Shown here: positions 8,049 through 19,992 of the stretch, one piece after another
How the letters are laid out: the number at the start of each line of letters is the position of its first letter
Position numbering within the stretch: the stretch's first letter is position 1
Notes under the pieces: generated by a model
What the model saw: the letters and a program-made list of their open reading frames with translations, nothing else
Told to the model about the DNA's origin: nothing
The model's database searches: none
Position numbers and translations under genes: made by a program
Origin: an uncultured bacterium
Lineage (GTDB): Bacteria; Verrucomicrobiota; Verrucomicrobiia; Limisphaerales; UBA8199
Reading direction: 5' to 3'
Length of the DNA stretch: 64,000 bases
Assembly (NCBI GenBank): GCA_963749495.1
Contig: CAVVMW010000021.1
Location: 704,001 to 768,000, forward strand

Positions 8049-10319
8049 TCAATCAAGTCGGATGACAATATTTGTGTCCCCTGCCTTGGCATCAACGCGT
8101 GTCATGAAGCCGTAGCTCCTCTCAGGACTCGTTGCGAAGACATGAACCTGGCCATCGCACACCGCGTTAAAGACAAAGTGTCCTTTGCTGTCTGATTTGG
8201 TGGCGGGCCACTCCAGTGGTCCCTGGCGTTGTCCCAGGCCAGTGAATCTGACCTCGGCCCCGGCGACCGGCTTTCCGTCAGGGCCCAACACTTGACCGGC
8301 GAGTCTGCGATCGGCCCGCTTGAGCACAAAATCGGGGAATTCATAACGCTCGGTTTTCGTATCCTCGGCCTTTATCTCCCCGGAGGCTGTGCCGTGGCCT
8401 CTGGTGGCGAATCCAAAGATGAAGTATCGCCTTCCCTGCGGCAGGGCAGGGAAGGCATACGAACCGTGGGCGTCAACACGGGTCGGTCGCGGGTCCAATT
8501 TGAGGATTGAAAGGCCCGAGAGTATGCTGAGGTCAACTACGGCGCCCCTCACCGGCACCCCCTCGGTGTCCTTCACGCAACCTGAGAGCGTGATTCCTGG
8601 TTGCAGGCCAAGGTCCAGGTTGGTTGGTATCGTGTCGAATTCCTGGGCCGCGGCAAGGTTCCGCTCCAAGCTGCGGGCCATGATGAAATTCGTCCGGTTC
8701 TGGCCCATCCAACTGCCGCCACCCCCCGCCTCTTGTTGTATTGTCAACTCGTATCGCCCGTTGTCATCCGTCCTGCCTTCGGCATAAAGGCTTGCCCCAG
8801 GGTAAAACCCCGGATGGAATGACACTAGCACGCCTGCTGCCGGCGCGCCCCCGGAGTCGCGTATCGTGCCGGTGATCGTGGGGGAGCGGATCAACTCGAA
8901 CCGGACATGATTGGTCCGGCCAGCCTCGGCTTTGGCCGGGCTGTGTTGCGGGGCCCAGTCCTTCTTGCAGACGGAAAACCAGATCTCGCCAGCCGGCACC
9001 CGCAAGAGGGCCACACCGTTAGTGCCGGTGTAAGCAGTCGTTCCACCCGAAAACTGGCCCGACCAAACCGCCACGTTCCCGAGCGGTTCGAGGTCATTCC
9101 CGGCGACCACCGTCATCTCCGCCAAAGCGCCTTTGGACACATGGACCAGCACCTCGCGCGCGGTTTCTCCGGCCACCACGGTCACCAGGCTGTCTTGCGG
9201 CCCTACCCTCCAGTCAGCGGCCGACTGACCGGGAGGGGCGCCCATGGCACGGACACGATACGTGCCAGACGAAACCTCCTGAACGCGAAATGCCCCGTCG
9301 GCACTGCTCTCCACAGACTCCCGGGAATCGTAGCTGTGGAGTTCTCCTCCGGTCGCCTGAAATTTTAGTCTGACGCCTCCGAGCGGTTGGCCAGTCTCGG
9401 CGACCACGACCTTTCCTTCAATGGCTCCGGCTGGGCCAACCACGAGCTCGATGTTCTCTTCGCCGGATTGGTAATCCCACCCTCCTGCATCGGCGTTGCC
9501 AATTTGGCGCTGGGCTTTGCCGGTCTTCCTGACGTCCAGAGCTGCGCGGCCATAGGCTGGAAAGTTCTCGATGCGGAAGTGGCCATCCGCCGCGGTCCGG
9601 GCGGAGAAGCACTCGCGCGCGGGCTTGCCGAACAGATCGTTCAGATGCGCCGTCCTCGCATACTCGTCCCCAAAGCAGGCTCCCGAAGCCCACACCTCCG
9701 CGCCGGCCACAGGCTGGTGATTCTCATCCACCACCACACCCGCCAGGGCGGTTGGCGCCGTGAGGACCAGCGGCTCGGGCGAAACGCCAAGGAGTGAATT
9801 CCAGGTTTTCCAGGCCGTAGCCAAACCCGCCTTCTTCACCACCACGAGAGTTGTGCCCCGTGAAGAGGGAACAGCGAATGCGCCTTTGCCGTCCGTAACC
9901 GTGCGCTCCTTGAGTTCCGGTTCCCCTTCCACGTAGCCAGGCCGGGCTTGATAATGATAGCAATCCACCGTCGCACCCGCCACCGCCCGGCCCTGTTCAT
10001 CCACCACGGTGCCGCAGACCTGCGGGGACGGGCTGGCATCCGCAGCCACCGTTTTGTTCCGGGCGCCGATGAGCGTGGTCAGTCCCAACACCAGCGCCAA
10101 ACAGGCAGGCGGCAGGGAGCGGTGCGGATGCTGCCTAAACGTTGGTCTGGAAGCACCCGAACACCCAGGAGACGAGTGCCGAGTGCCGAGTGGAGAGGGA
10201 ACGCAGGGCGGACGCCCTTCGACACTCGACACTCGACACTCGACACTCCCCATGGGCGTGTGGAAACCGTTGAACCGAGGTCCAATTCCCGCAATCATCG
10301 TTTCGTTCATCGTTCTCAT
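8049..10319 (-). CDS. Exported protein with multiple carboxypeptidase-regulatory-like (beta-sandwich) domains
   Basis: Repeated G.VVDE.G.PVAGA.V ... TD..G.F motifs; start uncertain; heptamer hairpin lies in the 5' coding region. Confidence 0.85.
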   Translation of the reverse strand: MRTMNETMIAGIGPRFNGFHTPMGSVECRVSSVEGRPPCVPSPLGTRHSSPGCSGASRPTFRQHPHRSLPPACLALVLGLTTLIGARNKTVAADASPSPQVCGTVVDEQGRAVAGATVDCYHYQARPGYVEGEPELKERTVTDGKGAFAVPSSRGTTLVVVKKAGLATAWKTWNSLLGVSPEPLVLTAPTALAGVVVDENHQPVAGAEVWASGACFGDEYARTAHLNDLFGKPARECFSARTAADGHFRIENFPAYGRAALDVRKTGKAQRQIGNADAGGWDYQSGEENIELVVGPAGAIEGKVVVAETGQPLGGVRLKFQATGGELHSYDSRESVESSADGAFRVQEVSSGTYRVRAMGAPPGQSAADWRVGPQDSLVTVVAGETAREVLVHVSKGALAEMTVVAGNDLEPLGNVAVWSGQFSGGTTAYTGTNGVALLRVPAGEIWFSVCKKDWAPQHSPAKAEAGRTNHVRFELIRSPTITGTIRDSGGAPAAGVLVSFHPGFYPGASLYAEGRTDDNGRYELTIQQEAGGGGSWMGQNRTNFIMARSLERNLAAAQEFDTIPTNLDLGLQPGITLSGCVKDTEGVPVRGAVVDLSILSGLSILKLDPRPTRVDAHGSYAFPALPQGRRYFIFGFATRGHGTASGEIKAEDTKTERYEFPDFVLKRADRRLAGQVLGPDGKPVAGAEVRFTGLGQRQGPLEWPATKSDSKGHFVFNAVCDGQVHVFATSPERSYGFMTRVDAKAGDTNIVIRLD

Positions 10320-10554
10320 TCCTCCTTCCCTGACAGCATCTTCTTGAGTTTTCCGATTTCAAATTGAACTTCGAGGCCTTTTTCTTCACCAACCCTGTCC
10401 AGCATATCCGGGTGGTGCGCGAATGCCAAGCGACTTGCGCTCGCAACGCTTTGACGCCTTAGAGACGGACGAGGTTGGCGGGAAACGCCGAACTGGCGCC
10501 GCCCAGGCTATTGGCGGCTCGACGAAAGCCTGGCAACCAGATCCCCACGCTCTG

Positions 10555-10790
10555 ATCAGGATTCCGCCAAAGGCGCCGTGCAGGAGATAATGGTGGTAAT
10601 GCTCGTAGAAGAGTGTCCTTGGGCCGCCGAAAGCCCGGTTGGCGGCGTCCACGAGCAGGCCCAGGCCATCGGCATCGGGCAAGATGCCCGCCAGCGCGAC
10701 CAAGCGGCAGTCGCGCGCGTTGTCGGTGGCCTTCGCCCCGATGACCCAACTGGCCAGCAGATGCGTCTCCGGATTGATGCCGTATGCCAC
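10555..10790 (-). pseudogene. 5' fragment of a YdjM-like metal-dependent membrane hydrolase
   Basis: NPETHLLASW, AGILPDADG, HHYLLH; truncated. Confidence 0.7.
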
Positions 10791-11024
10791 ACGTTGTTAA
10801 TGACACCGCACGTTGACTTTCGTTCTACTGGTGTGCCGCTCTTTCAGTCCCTTTTGGGGCGTTTTGACCCCCAGCCTCGCAGGTTTGGGCGTTTCCTTAA
10901 ACCAGGCGCCTGGCTGCCCGGCGGGAGAACCCAGCCAATCAAGAAAGCGGCGGCGGCCAAGTGCCCAGGCAAAGACCGACGGACCGAACATGTTGCCGCG
11001 ACGGATAGTGAACGAGGCTGAGAA

Positions 11025-11414
11025 ATGAAAAAAAGCGCAGGAGTTATAGTCATCGCCCATGTGGTGTCTGCCCACGAGGATTTCGATCATAGTGCCCAAG
11101 CTCTCCTCCGGCTGGTGCGGGGTGCAGAGCGCAGGCACCCCGGATGCCCGCGGGCGCTTTGCCTCGAAATTGATGGTCATCGAAATGCCGCAGGAACCTT
11201 CGACCGCGACATGTTTGAGCTCCAATCCGCCTTCATGAGGCAGTTCCTGCTCCAGTTCCTGATCTGCGCCGAGACGCCCCTCGGCAGTTTCGAAAACGAA
11301 AAGCCGCAAAACAACACCATTCCGGAAGGGCTGAATATCCTCACACTCGATCCGCCTCATCGTAATAGCCCGAGGAAAAGCGTGAGTTCTCATATTCTCT
11401 TTGTCGGATTTTGA
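11025..11414 (+). CDS. Hypothetical protein
   Basis: 129-aa ORF with protein-like composition. Confidence 0.5.
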   Translation: MKKSAGVIVIAHVVSAHEDFDHSAQALLRLVRGAERRHPGCPRALCLEIDGHRNAAGTFDRDMFELQSAFMRQFLLQFLICAETPLGSFENEKPQNNTIPEGLNILTLDPPHRNSPRKSVSSHILFVGF

Positions 11415-11444
11415 TTTTGCCGGGTTTTAATATGTAGATAGACG

Positions 11445-12848
11445 ATGCGAGACGACCGACAACTGCTGGAGCAATACGCCCAGGACGGGGCAGAAACGGC
11501 CTTCAGCGAACTCGTGGCCCGGCATATTGATCTGGTCTATTCGACCGCCTTGCGGGTCGTAGCAGGCAACTCCGCTCTGGCGGAGGACGTGGCCCAGACG
11601 GTGTTCATTGACCTGGCTCGCAAGGCGCGGCGGCTTCCGAGCGCGATCGTCCTGGCAGGCTGGCTTTATCGGCACGCGAGCTACACAGCCGCCAAGGCGG
11701 TGCGAGCGGAGCAGCGTCGGATGCGTCGCGAACGAACGGCGATGGAAATCAGAGCCCTCGACAACTCGGCGGAACCCGTGTGGGAACGAATTGCCCCCTA
11801 CCTGGACGAGGGCTTGAACCAACTGAAGGCCTCGGATCGGGATGCGCTGGTCCTTCGCTTTCTCAAGCGCCAGGATTTGCGCGAGGTGGGAACCGCGCTC
11901 GGTATCAGCGAAGACGCGGCGCAAAAGCGCGTGAGCCGTGCGCTGGAGAGGCTGCGGAGCGCCTTGGGCGGGCGCGGCGTCGCCCTCACTGCAACCGCCC
12001 TCGCCTCGGCACTCACAGCGGCGGCGGCAAAGGCAGCCCCGGCGGGGCTTGCCGCCGGTTTGTCAATCACGGCCCTGGCGGAGGCCTCGGGAACTGGTAC
12101 CGCCGTATCTCTTTTGAGATTTATGACAATCACAAAGTCGAGGACAGCGGTAATCAGCGCCATTCTGCTCGCCAGCTTTGTGACAACCTTGGTGATTCAG
12201 CACCAGGCTCGGGCCAGGTTTACCCAGCAGGAAGCGTCGCTGCGGCAGCAGGCGGATCGATTGGAGCGACTCGCGGAGGAGAACGAGCGTCTTTCAAACT
12301 TGGCCGCCCAAGCGAACGGCTCGGCTGCCAATAACCAGTTGAATGAATTGCTCAAACTCCGCAGCGAAGCGGAATCCCTTCGCCCCCAAACCAAGGAACT
12401 GGCCCTGCTCCGTGAGGAAAACCACCGACGGCAAACACCGTCGCCCTCGCTTCAAGAGGCCAAAGGGATCTTGCAGTGGAAAGAGGCACTCGCTCGCAGG
12501 GAGGAGTCTTTAGGGGCTTGGGCGGGCGCGTTTAGCAGGTATGCCGATGAAAACCAGGGGCAGTTTCCTGGCAGTTTCGAGCAAGCCGAACACTTCTTGC
12601 CGGAAGTGTTCAAAGGGAACACCAGCGTGACGCCCGACCAGTTGGAAATCCTCTACAAGGGGTCGCGTGATTCGCTCACCAACCTGGACGTCATCCTGTT
12701 CCGGGAAAACGAACTCTTTCGAAATATAGACGGAAGATGGGCCAGGCATTACGGTCTTGCCAACGGTCAACTCGCATTTTGCGGGAGTAAAGACGGCAAC
12801 TACGATGAGTGGGAGAGCCAGAACACTGCCCCGCCATCCGCTCGATGA
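11445..12848 (+). CDS. ECF sigma-70 factor with long C-terminal extension (TM, coiled coil, G..DG-like end)
   Basis: AFSELVARHIDLVYSTALR, AEDVAQTVF, LGISEDAAQKRVSRALERLR. Confidence 0.92.
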   Translation: MRDDRQLLEQYAQDGAETAFSELVARHIDLVYSTALRVVAGNSALAEDVAQTVFIDLARKARRLPSAIVLAGWLYRHASYTAAKAVRAEQRRMRRERTAMEIRALDNSAEPVWERIAPYLDEGLNQLKASDRDALVLRFLKRQDLREVGTALGISEDAAQKRVSRALERLRSALGGRGVALTATALASALTAAAAKAAPAGLAAGLSITALAEASGTGTAVSLLRFMTITKSRTAVISAILLASFVTTLVIQHQARARFTQQEASLRQQADRLERLAEENERLSNLAAQANGSAANNQLNELLKLRSEAESLRPQTKELALLREENHRRQTPSPSLQEAKGILQWKEALARREESLGAWAGAFSRYADENQGQFPGSFEQAEHFLPEVFKGNTSVTPDQLEILYKGSRDSLTNLDVILFRENELFRNIDGRWARHYGLANGQLAFCGSKDGNYDEWESQNTAPPSAR

Positions 12849-13693
12849 CCAGGAATAGTCTCACATCCATGTTCTGCAACGCACTCGTGGCCTGCTGCGT
12901 GGCATTGCCGTTGTTTGTTCAGCATCACACTTGGGTCCGATGGCGCGAGCGGGAAGTCTTGCAGCGGCGGCAGGCCGAGCGACTGGCGGAGCTTTCGGCG
13001 GAGAATGAACGACTGTCGAACCTTGTGACTCACACCAGGAACTCAAGTCCTTCCAGCGATCAATTCAGGGAACTGCTGAAGCTGCGCGGAGAGATAGGGC
13101 AGTTGCGAGCAAGCGCCAGCGAACTGAGGCGACTTCGGGCGGCGCGGCAGCAGCTTCTTGTGGCCGGCTCAACGAACGAAACGCAGTCTGGTCCCCTCTT
13201 GCCGAACCCCCAGACCGTCCTGGCTCATTGGCAGAAGGAGCAACTGACGTCTGTGGGATATGACGGGCCGGCACGGGCGCTCCAAACGGCGCTTTGGGCC
13301 ATGAGCCGGGCTGATCCCAAGGCCCTGGCGGCGAGTGTGGCCCCTTCGACAAGCAACGTGTTGGCCGGCAAGTTTTGGATCGCGGCCGATTCCAGGTTCG
13401 CGGCCGATTCTAATGAGGCAATGGCGGCCAAGTGCAGATTGGCGGCGGAGTTCTTAAGCCCCTCAAGCGGCTTTTATGTGACTCCCTCAAGCGATTCCTA
13501 TGCTCTAGAGCAGGAACTCAGCCACCCAGACGAAGCATTTTTGGATGTCTATTTCGAGGGCGAAGGCACCACCCGCCAGGTTGAGCTGCGAAAAATCGGC
13601 GAGGAGTGGAAAGTCGCCGCCATTTATGCCTCCCGCATACTCCGAACGACTGATGGCAACCCGCAGCGCTCACCGCTCCTGGTGTGGCCATGA
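12845..13693 (+). CDS. Membrane-anchored protein resembling the ECF extension, translationally coupled
   Basis: ATGA overlap; AENERLSNL...ELLKLRGEIGQLR shared with the upstream ECF extension. Confidence 0.75.
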   Translation: MTRNSLTSMFCNALVACCVALPLFVQHHTWVRWREREVLQRRQAERLAELSAENERLSNLVTHTRNSSPSSDQFRELLKLRGEIGQLRASASELRRLRAARQQLLVAGSTNETQSGPLLPNPQTVLAHWQKEQLTSVGYDGPARALQTALWAMSRADPKALAASVAPSTSNVLAGKFWIAADSRFAADSNEAMAAKCRLAAEFLSPSSGFYVTPSSDSYALEQELSHPDEAFLDVYFEGEGTTRQVELRKIGEEWKVAAIYASRILRTTDGNPQRSPLLVWP

Positions 13694-14531
13694 CAAGGCG
13701 GTCCACAACTACTGGGACGGCCAGACCCCAAGGTGCTGGCAACACTGACGTCGAGAATGCGCCAAAAGGGCACGCGAAATGAAGCCGGAGCTACAGCCAC
13801 CTACCAGCTAAGAAAGAGGAATCCAGCGCAACGCCAAATTCCCCTTTTCCAGGACCCCAGTCCTGCCTTAAACCTCCATTCTCCTCCCCCTCTTCTCGGC
13901 AACCATTCATCTTCGCCTATAGAGTTGCCGAAGCGGGCAAAAGGTAACAGCGAGTCTTTTCCCTCAAACACCCATCGGTGTGGGGGCGTGGGTTGCCCAC
14001 TTCCGCCTGCCGTTGGGCTGCCGTCAGGGCCCAGATGGCGCGCCCAAGTCACCATCCTCGGCTCCAGCGGCGCCCATGGCCCTGAACTTCCCCTCAGCTC
14101 CGATCTTCTCGCGTTATGGCCGGTGGATATGTGCGAATTGTCGAATCCGACGACGGTTTTCAGTCCTGGGAAGCGCAACACATCGTTCCGCCATTGGCAA
14201 CTGGCCGACAGTAGATCCCAGACCCTCGGGAGAGCCGCAACCTGGCTACTTGGCGGGAGAGCCGCCATTCTGAATCGGCCTTCTCAATCTGGACGCAATG
14301 GCGGCAACGGCGAAACCGCAGATCAGAATCCCTGCGACGGTCGTCGAAGCGAGGGCCAGCCAGTAGTCCAGGCTGATCGATCCTTCCCCACAGCGACTCC
14401 CACAACCCGCTGTGACTGCGCGTTGCCAGATGGCATCCCCGGCGCAGAATTGGTAGTATTGCGGCCGTGAGCTTTGTTGTCCTCGATGTCGAGGCGGATG
14501 GTCCGATTCCGGCGGAGTTGGGACTTCATTT

Positions 14532-14775
14532 GTGAGCGCTTTCCTAATCCCCAAGCTCCCGCTGAGCCAGATGCCAGCGATGCTGGGGTGTGCAGCGCTG
14601 GGCGCCTTGGTCGCCGGGCTCTATGGCGTCGTCCATGATGAGATTACACACTCCATTTCCCCCGAGTATTTCACCCGGCTGAATTCCTGCAGTTTCATTA
14701 CGCCGATTTCGGGTTCCCTCCGCGAGTGTTCGTCGCCGAAATCGGTTTCCTCGCGACCTGGTTGGTGGGGTCCGA
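14532..14775 (+). pseudogene. Frameshifted, truncated membrane protein
   Basis: GLYGVVHDEITHSISPEYFT continues in another frame as FHYADFGFPPRVFVAEIGFLATW. Confidence 0.55.
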
Positions 14776-14934
14776 TTCTCCCGCTGCTTTCGTCCGATGC
14801 CGTTTACTGAAACGGAGGGATCCGGAGCGGGGGCTGGCACTCTCAGAAGAAGCTGTTGGGAATCCAGCTCCAGCGCTCCTGGCACATACCCTTGGCCTAG
14901 GCGGGGCGGGCACGGGATCCAGCATCGAGTTGGC

Positions 14935-16137
14935 CTAATCTGGCGCTTGAGACCGCTCGAAGAGTGCCGGCGACGAAGTGCAGAGCACGCTGCCGTCCGG
15001 ACCGACTACGATCCTACGGATGGGTAAGTCAACAACTCCATCTGACTCAAACTCCCGCACTTTCTTGACGGTCTTGGCGGAAAAACTCACTCGAAAGAGG
15101 CCCCGGTCCGTGCCCACCAGGGCGACGCCAGGTTTGACCTCGGCAACGCAGTGCGCCTCTGGTTCGAGCGGCAGATTAGTCCATCTCTTGCCGTCAAACC
15201 GGCCTACGTGCGAAGGGCCGTGGCGGAGATTCAGGATTGCCCAGACCGTTTGCGGATCAGCGGAGGGACTCAGATCCGCAACGCTGGTAAAATCGCAGCC
15301 GAGTTCGTTGGTGCCGAACGACCTGAACTCGGTTCCATCACGGGCATTATCCCCTGGAGAACGTGCCGCGTAATCCCTGGCGTGCGCCGTCAGGCACACA
15401 ATGCCGTCGCCATCCGTTCCGACCCAGAGGTCGGCGGCGCCATCCTCGACCATGCAGGTGGGGCGGCGGTGCGGAAGCAGGTCCCGAGTGTCCAGCCAGG
15501 GGGAGTTGGCCCCCCAGTAATGCGCCAGGAAATGATCCCAGACCTCGTAGAAACCGGCCCAACTGAACAAGCCGTGTTCGGTCGAAATGACAAACGGGGC
15601 GTAGGTTTTCTTCTTTGGTGGAATGTAAATGCCATCCACATGGCCCCAGAGCCTCTCCGCGTCGAAGCCCGGAGAGTATCCGCCGCTGACGAGACCCGGC
15701 TGGCCCTGGTAGTAAATCCGGAAGGCGGTCACCCGCCATGAGTTTGTTTTGACCCTGTCCAACCGCCTGATGCCATCACTGGTGCTGAACCAGACCCGGC
15801 TGGGCGTTTCGACGGCGACCGCCGTCACTTGGGCATCCAGCCGCGCTTGAATCTGCCAGACGGTTCCCGAACGGGTCAAGACCCGGCCTCGGCTGGTGCC
15901 CACCCAAAGATTGCCCACCCCGTCGATCGAAAGGCTGGTGATCAGTTCGTCATGGAAGCCCGTGCCACCAGTTATGCCGGTCCATTCTTCCCACCCGCCT
16001 TCGAGGGACTTCACTCCGGCCGGGACCAGTCCGGGCACAGATTCTGGCGATTCGTCGGCGGCGAGGACTGCTGTCCCCGCTAGGTTCGCCGTCAGCCATA
16101 TCAAGGCGAGAAAAGTGATGGTTCTTATTTTGGCCAC
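14935..16137 (-). CDS. Exported beta-propeller protein (two-component regulator propeller-like)
   Basis: Signal peptide; repeats GNLWVGT, VWFSTSDGI, DLWVGTDGDGI, LVGTDRGL. Confidence 0.75.
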   Translation of the reverse strand: MAKIRTITFLALIWLTANLAGTAVLAADESPESVPGLVPAGVKSLEGGWEEWTGITGGTGFHDELITSLSIDGVGNLWVGTSRGRVLTRSGTVWQIQARLDAQVTAVAVETPSRVWFSTSDGIRRLDRVKTNSWRVTAFRIYYQGQPGLVSGGYSPGFDAERLWGHVDGIYIPPKKKTYAPFVISTEHGLFSWAGFYEVWDHFLAHYWGANSPWLDTRDLLPHRRPTCMVEDGAADLWVGTDGDGIVCLTAHARDYAARSPGDNARDGTEFRSFGTNELGCDFTSVADLSPSADPQTVWAILNLRHGPSHVGRFDGKRWTNLPLEPEAHCVAEVKPGVALVGTDRGLFRVSFSAKTVKKVREFESDGVVDLPIRRIVVGPDGSVLCTSSPALFERSQAPD

Positions 16138-16399
16138 TGCTTTATTCCTAAGGGCTGAGTAACAAAAAGTCCAGCGCGGGTCAAGCAGCCACCGTGCCAA
16201 AAACGGTTCCACGATAAATGAGGGAGGAAGACACCCGTCCCTCCGTCCCCGCCGAGCTCGACCTTGGACGTTTCTCCCGGGGCGACATGAACGCCCAGGC
16301 GGGTCTCGCCCTAGCCTCTTGGGAAATGACACGCGAGGGCATGCTCCGGCGCCACCTCCATTGCGGCCGACATGGCCCACGCGCGGATCCCACAGGGGG

Positions 16400-16620
16400 T
16401 CGTCCCGGACGACTATGTGGTGATGGGAGGTTCGCGGGGAGCTGAATTGGCGCTGCTGTTGGCCAGCGTCTATCCTCAAGTGAAAGCCGTGGTGGCAATC
16501 GCCCCCAGTTCGGTGGTCTTCCCACGACCTCCAACCGGAATTCTCGATCCCCTCCGCGGTCAGCACTCAGCCTGGAGCCTCGGCGGCCAGTCGCCCTGGC
16601 TGCCACTTGCGACGATGCCC
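16400..16620 (+). pseudogene. Fragment of a BAAT/acyl-CoA thioester hydrolase
   Basis: VMGGSRGAELALLLASVYPQVKAVVAIAPS nucleophile elbow. Confidence 0.7.
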
Positions 16621-16738
16621 GAAAGGCCAGATACATTGGATCCCATTGGTCTAAGCCGGTCGCGCCCTCGCTCTGCTCGACCAGGAACAATGAAGACGGC
16701 ACTGCCCGCCGCCTGACACTCCCATTACTGGCGAGGCG

Positions 16739-19332
16739 TCACCTCGGGAGCTTCTCGTCACGCTGGGCCGCTTGCCAGGCAAAAGTCGCCAGCACGACGG
16801 TGTTGAACTGCAGGTCCTCCGGCTGAAGACGTTCGTAAACGTCCGCGCTTGAGTGATGTGTGCGCGATTCGTATTCAATCCGGTCCTGAATCAAATTGAA
16901 GCTGGGCAGCCCCGCCTGTTCGAACGAAAGTTGATCGCCTCCGCCGACGCTCCAAGGCGAGACGGTCTTCATCCCCATTTCCCGAAAGGGGCGCATCCAG
17001 GCCTCGAAGATCGGCCAGAACGCCCTGTTTCGCGCGTTGAAAACGCCCCGGATTTTGCCAGTCCCTCCATCGACGTTGAAGTAAACGGAGAACCTGCCGT
17101 GTTCGGGTTTCATAGTGGTCGAGGGCCCCTTGGCCTCCCGATAGTGGCATGCGACATAGGCCTCGGAGCCACTGTGTCCCTGTTCCTCGCCGGTCCAGAG
17201 GGCGAGGCGGACGGTGCGGCGCGGCTGGAGGTTGAGCGCCTTGAGAATGCGCATGGCCTCCATCACCATGGCCGAGCCGGCGGCATCGTCGGTTGCACCG
17301 GTGCCCAAGGTCCAGGAGTCGAAGTGGGCGCCCAGCAGGACGACCTCGTCCTTGAGCTTCGGGTCAGTGCCGGGAATCTCCGCGATGAGGTTGAACACGT
17401 TCGGGTTATCGTAGAAGGTGTTTTCCATCTCCAGTTCAAGGGTCACGGGAAGGTTCTTCTCCAGAATGCGCGCGAGCCGGCCGTAGGACTCGGCGCTGAC
17501 CGTTACGACCGGCAATTGGCCGGGTTCATCCTTGGACTCCCAACCGGAGCGCGTCTTGAACATCGTCCCGCCGTCGCCAGGCGCGCAAAAGAGCAGGGCG
17601 GCGGCTCCTTCGTTCACCAGCCAACGGCGTGCCGCGGGATCCTGCATGACCTCGTCGCTGGTGTAGCGAAACTCGACGACAGCGTTGGACGCTCCGTGCT
17701 GCCCCGGAGGTTCCTCCGCCGCCAAGGCCGCCAGTCGCGCATCGCTCAGGCGCGTGGCCTGCGGCTCGAAGTGCGCTGGGGTTGGCTGTGGGGCGTCCAT
17801 GAGGAGGAAGGCGCCGTTGAGCTTGCCGGCATATCGCTGGAGGTCGGCGAACGAGTGGACCTCGAACTTGATGGCGGGGCCGGTGACGCGTCCCTTGGTG
17901 CTGATCGACCAGACGGCCGGAAGGGCGTTAATGATGAAGGGCTGGGGGGTAATGGCCCGAAAGAAGAATTGCTCGCTCCTCCATCCGCGTTCGTAGGGGC
18001 CCAGGCTCGAGCTGAACGTTGCTGAGCCCCCACGACCGCATCGTCGCCACTGCCCAGTCGGCTGCGGCTTGCGTTTGCGGCGAGCCCGTCAGACGCGGGC
18101 CATAAACGTCCGTCAGCCAACTGGCGATGTCCATGACCTGTGAATGCCGCGGAACCTCGGTCCTGATTCGCTCGACCGTGGCGACATCGACGTTCTCCTG
18201 CGCAGCCGGAAGCGGGGCGGCGGGCAGCGGGGCCTTGGGCGTCGCCACGCCGACAATAGGCTCGCCCGACTTCGCCGGCTCAAAGGTGAAGGGAATGTCC
18301 TTTTCCCCGAATTCGACGTGCTTCAACTCATTGGTGACGAAATGAATCGGCTGCTCCGAGAATTCGCTTACAAACTCCCGCGGACGCGCGTAATAGAACG
18401 CGACACATCGGTTGGGCAGCCAGAGGCCTGCGCCTTCGTAGAATCTCCAGTCTTCGGACTGCAGGCGGGCGATCCGCTGTCCGGCCGGATTCCACTCCTC
18501 GCGCTCGACAATCCCGTAACCGTGCTTTGGCTCCAGGAGAAGTGCCACGGTGCGGCTTGGCTTCAGGGCTCGAAGACGTTTTCACATGCTCCTTCTTGGC
18601 GGCGTCCGCGCCTTGAAGTTCACCCTGCGACTTCTCGAGGAATGCTCTCTGCACGTTGGCCAACTCATCTTCGACTTGAAACGTTACCCGCAGGTTTTCC
18701 CCAACCGCTTCAACTTTGGTCAGGTCGCCATGTTCCAGATAATGCAGTGCCAATGGCTCGAGGGAGGAAAAGGGCGCCACTTCGGAACCGTATTGTGGCA
18801 CGTAAATACCGGCGGCGTCCAGATACGGCCACCGAATGCGCTTGGAGTTGAACACATAAGGCGCCAAAGCAGGCGCGTCCGCCAGTGAGCACTTGCGGAC
18901 CCCGCTTTTGCTGCTTCCCCAGATGGCTTGGCCGTCAAACGCAATTTCATGCTCATACACCTTATTGCCGGCTTCAGGTATGCGCTCGTGCTCATAGAAG
19001 TGGCTGCCGGCGAAATAGGCCGAATAAACGTCCGGCGCCACCCCGTAGTTCCAGTCGGCAAGGGTCCCGTGGTCCCTCTCCGTGAACTCGAAGTAACTGG
19101 CTCGCATGGCGGCCTTTTGCTTCGCCCATTGCTGCCGCGCCTCCGGCGGCAACGCGATGGCCGCGCTGCTCGCCGTGGTCTTCGAGTCGTTCGTGATGAG
19201 TTGTTGGGCAGAGCCGGTTGCAGTAGCGGCGGTCAGCCACACGCAGAGGCCAACGACGGCGGCCATTTTCAGTTTTGTCCACGTCACAAGCTTCAGCACT
19301 CCTTTCGTAATTGTCGGCGTTGCGCATTGCAC
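16739..19332 (-). pseudogene. ECF-extension remnant fused to an M28 (carboxypeptidase Q-like) peptidase; frameshifts near 18570 and 18000
   Basis: KGVLKLVTWTKLK (ECF linker); LTDVYGPRLTGSP; GAHFDSW, GATDD, WTGEEQG, THHSSAD. Confidence 0.8.
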
Positions 19333-19569
19333 AGGAAACGTATCGTCAAATCATCCGTCATCAGCCTGCGTCTGCATTCAAGGATGCAGGCTGTGTGGCA
19401 AGCGCCTGTTTCGGTGGCTTGTGCATCAGCATGAGCCGCGCAGATTATGCCTGGAGGGCCTGGATCCGGCAACTATTAAACCTGGTTGGGCTCGGCGCCT
19501 CGGCGCCATTTCATTGCCGCGTTCGGTTGGGTTTGAACCGGCCGCTCCGGGTCCAAGGCCGGTCCAAGG

Positions 19570-19780
19570 CTGGGGCTATCGGGTTGACGCACTCGTATGC
19601 GGCCCTCTTGGCCAAGGAGGGCATCACCGCAAACGCGATTGCTCCCGCCTTAATAGAGACGGAAATGGTCACGGCGAATCCGAAAGCACGGCCAGAGCTG
19701 ATCCCTGTGGGCCGGTTTGGCACCGTGGAGGAAGTCGCCGAGGTCGTGGTAATGCTGGCGAACAACGGTTACATCACCGA
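19570..19780 (+). pseudogene. C-terminal fragment of an SDR (FabG-like) oxidoreductase
   Basis: GLTHSYA..LAKEGITANAIAPALIETEM...IPVGRFGTVEEVA...GYIT. Confidence 0.75.
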
Positions 19781-19992
19781 TGAGATTGTCCGCGCATTGC
19801 GCACCGGGACATGGAATTCCAACAAGACAGCGGTTGCCATTTCTGTTGCGAGGCCGAAGGGATCACTCACCGATTCCAGCGGCAACCCCATCCGCTCCCC
19901 GGCGAGCAGATAGCGCCGCCCAGGGCAGGTCAACTTCTTGCGCAAAAAAAGCTGTCCGGTTTAGGTTTCGGCGGCTTTTATTAAGGTAGAGC

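Noticed and set aside
13733..14530. Coding calls in this stretch
   Set aside because: Several overlapping ORFs with no recognisable motif; strand and frame could not be decided
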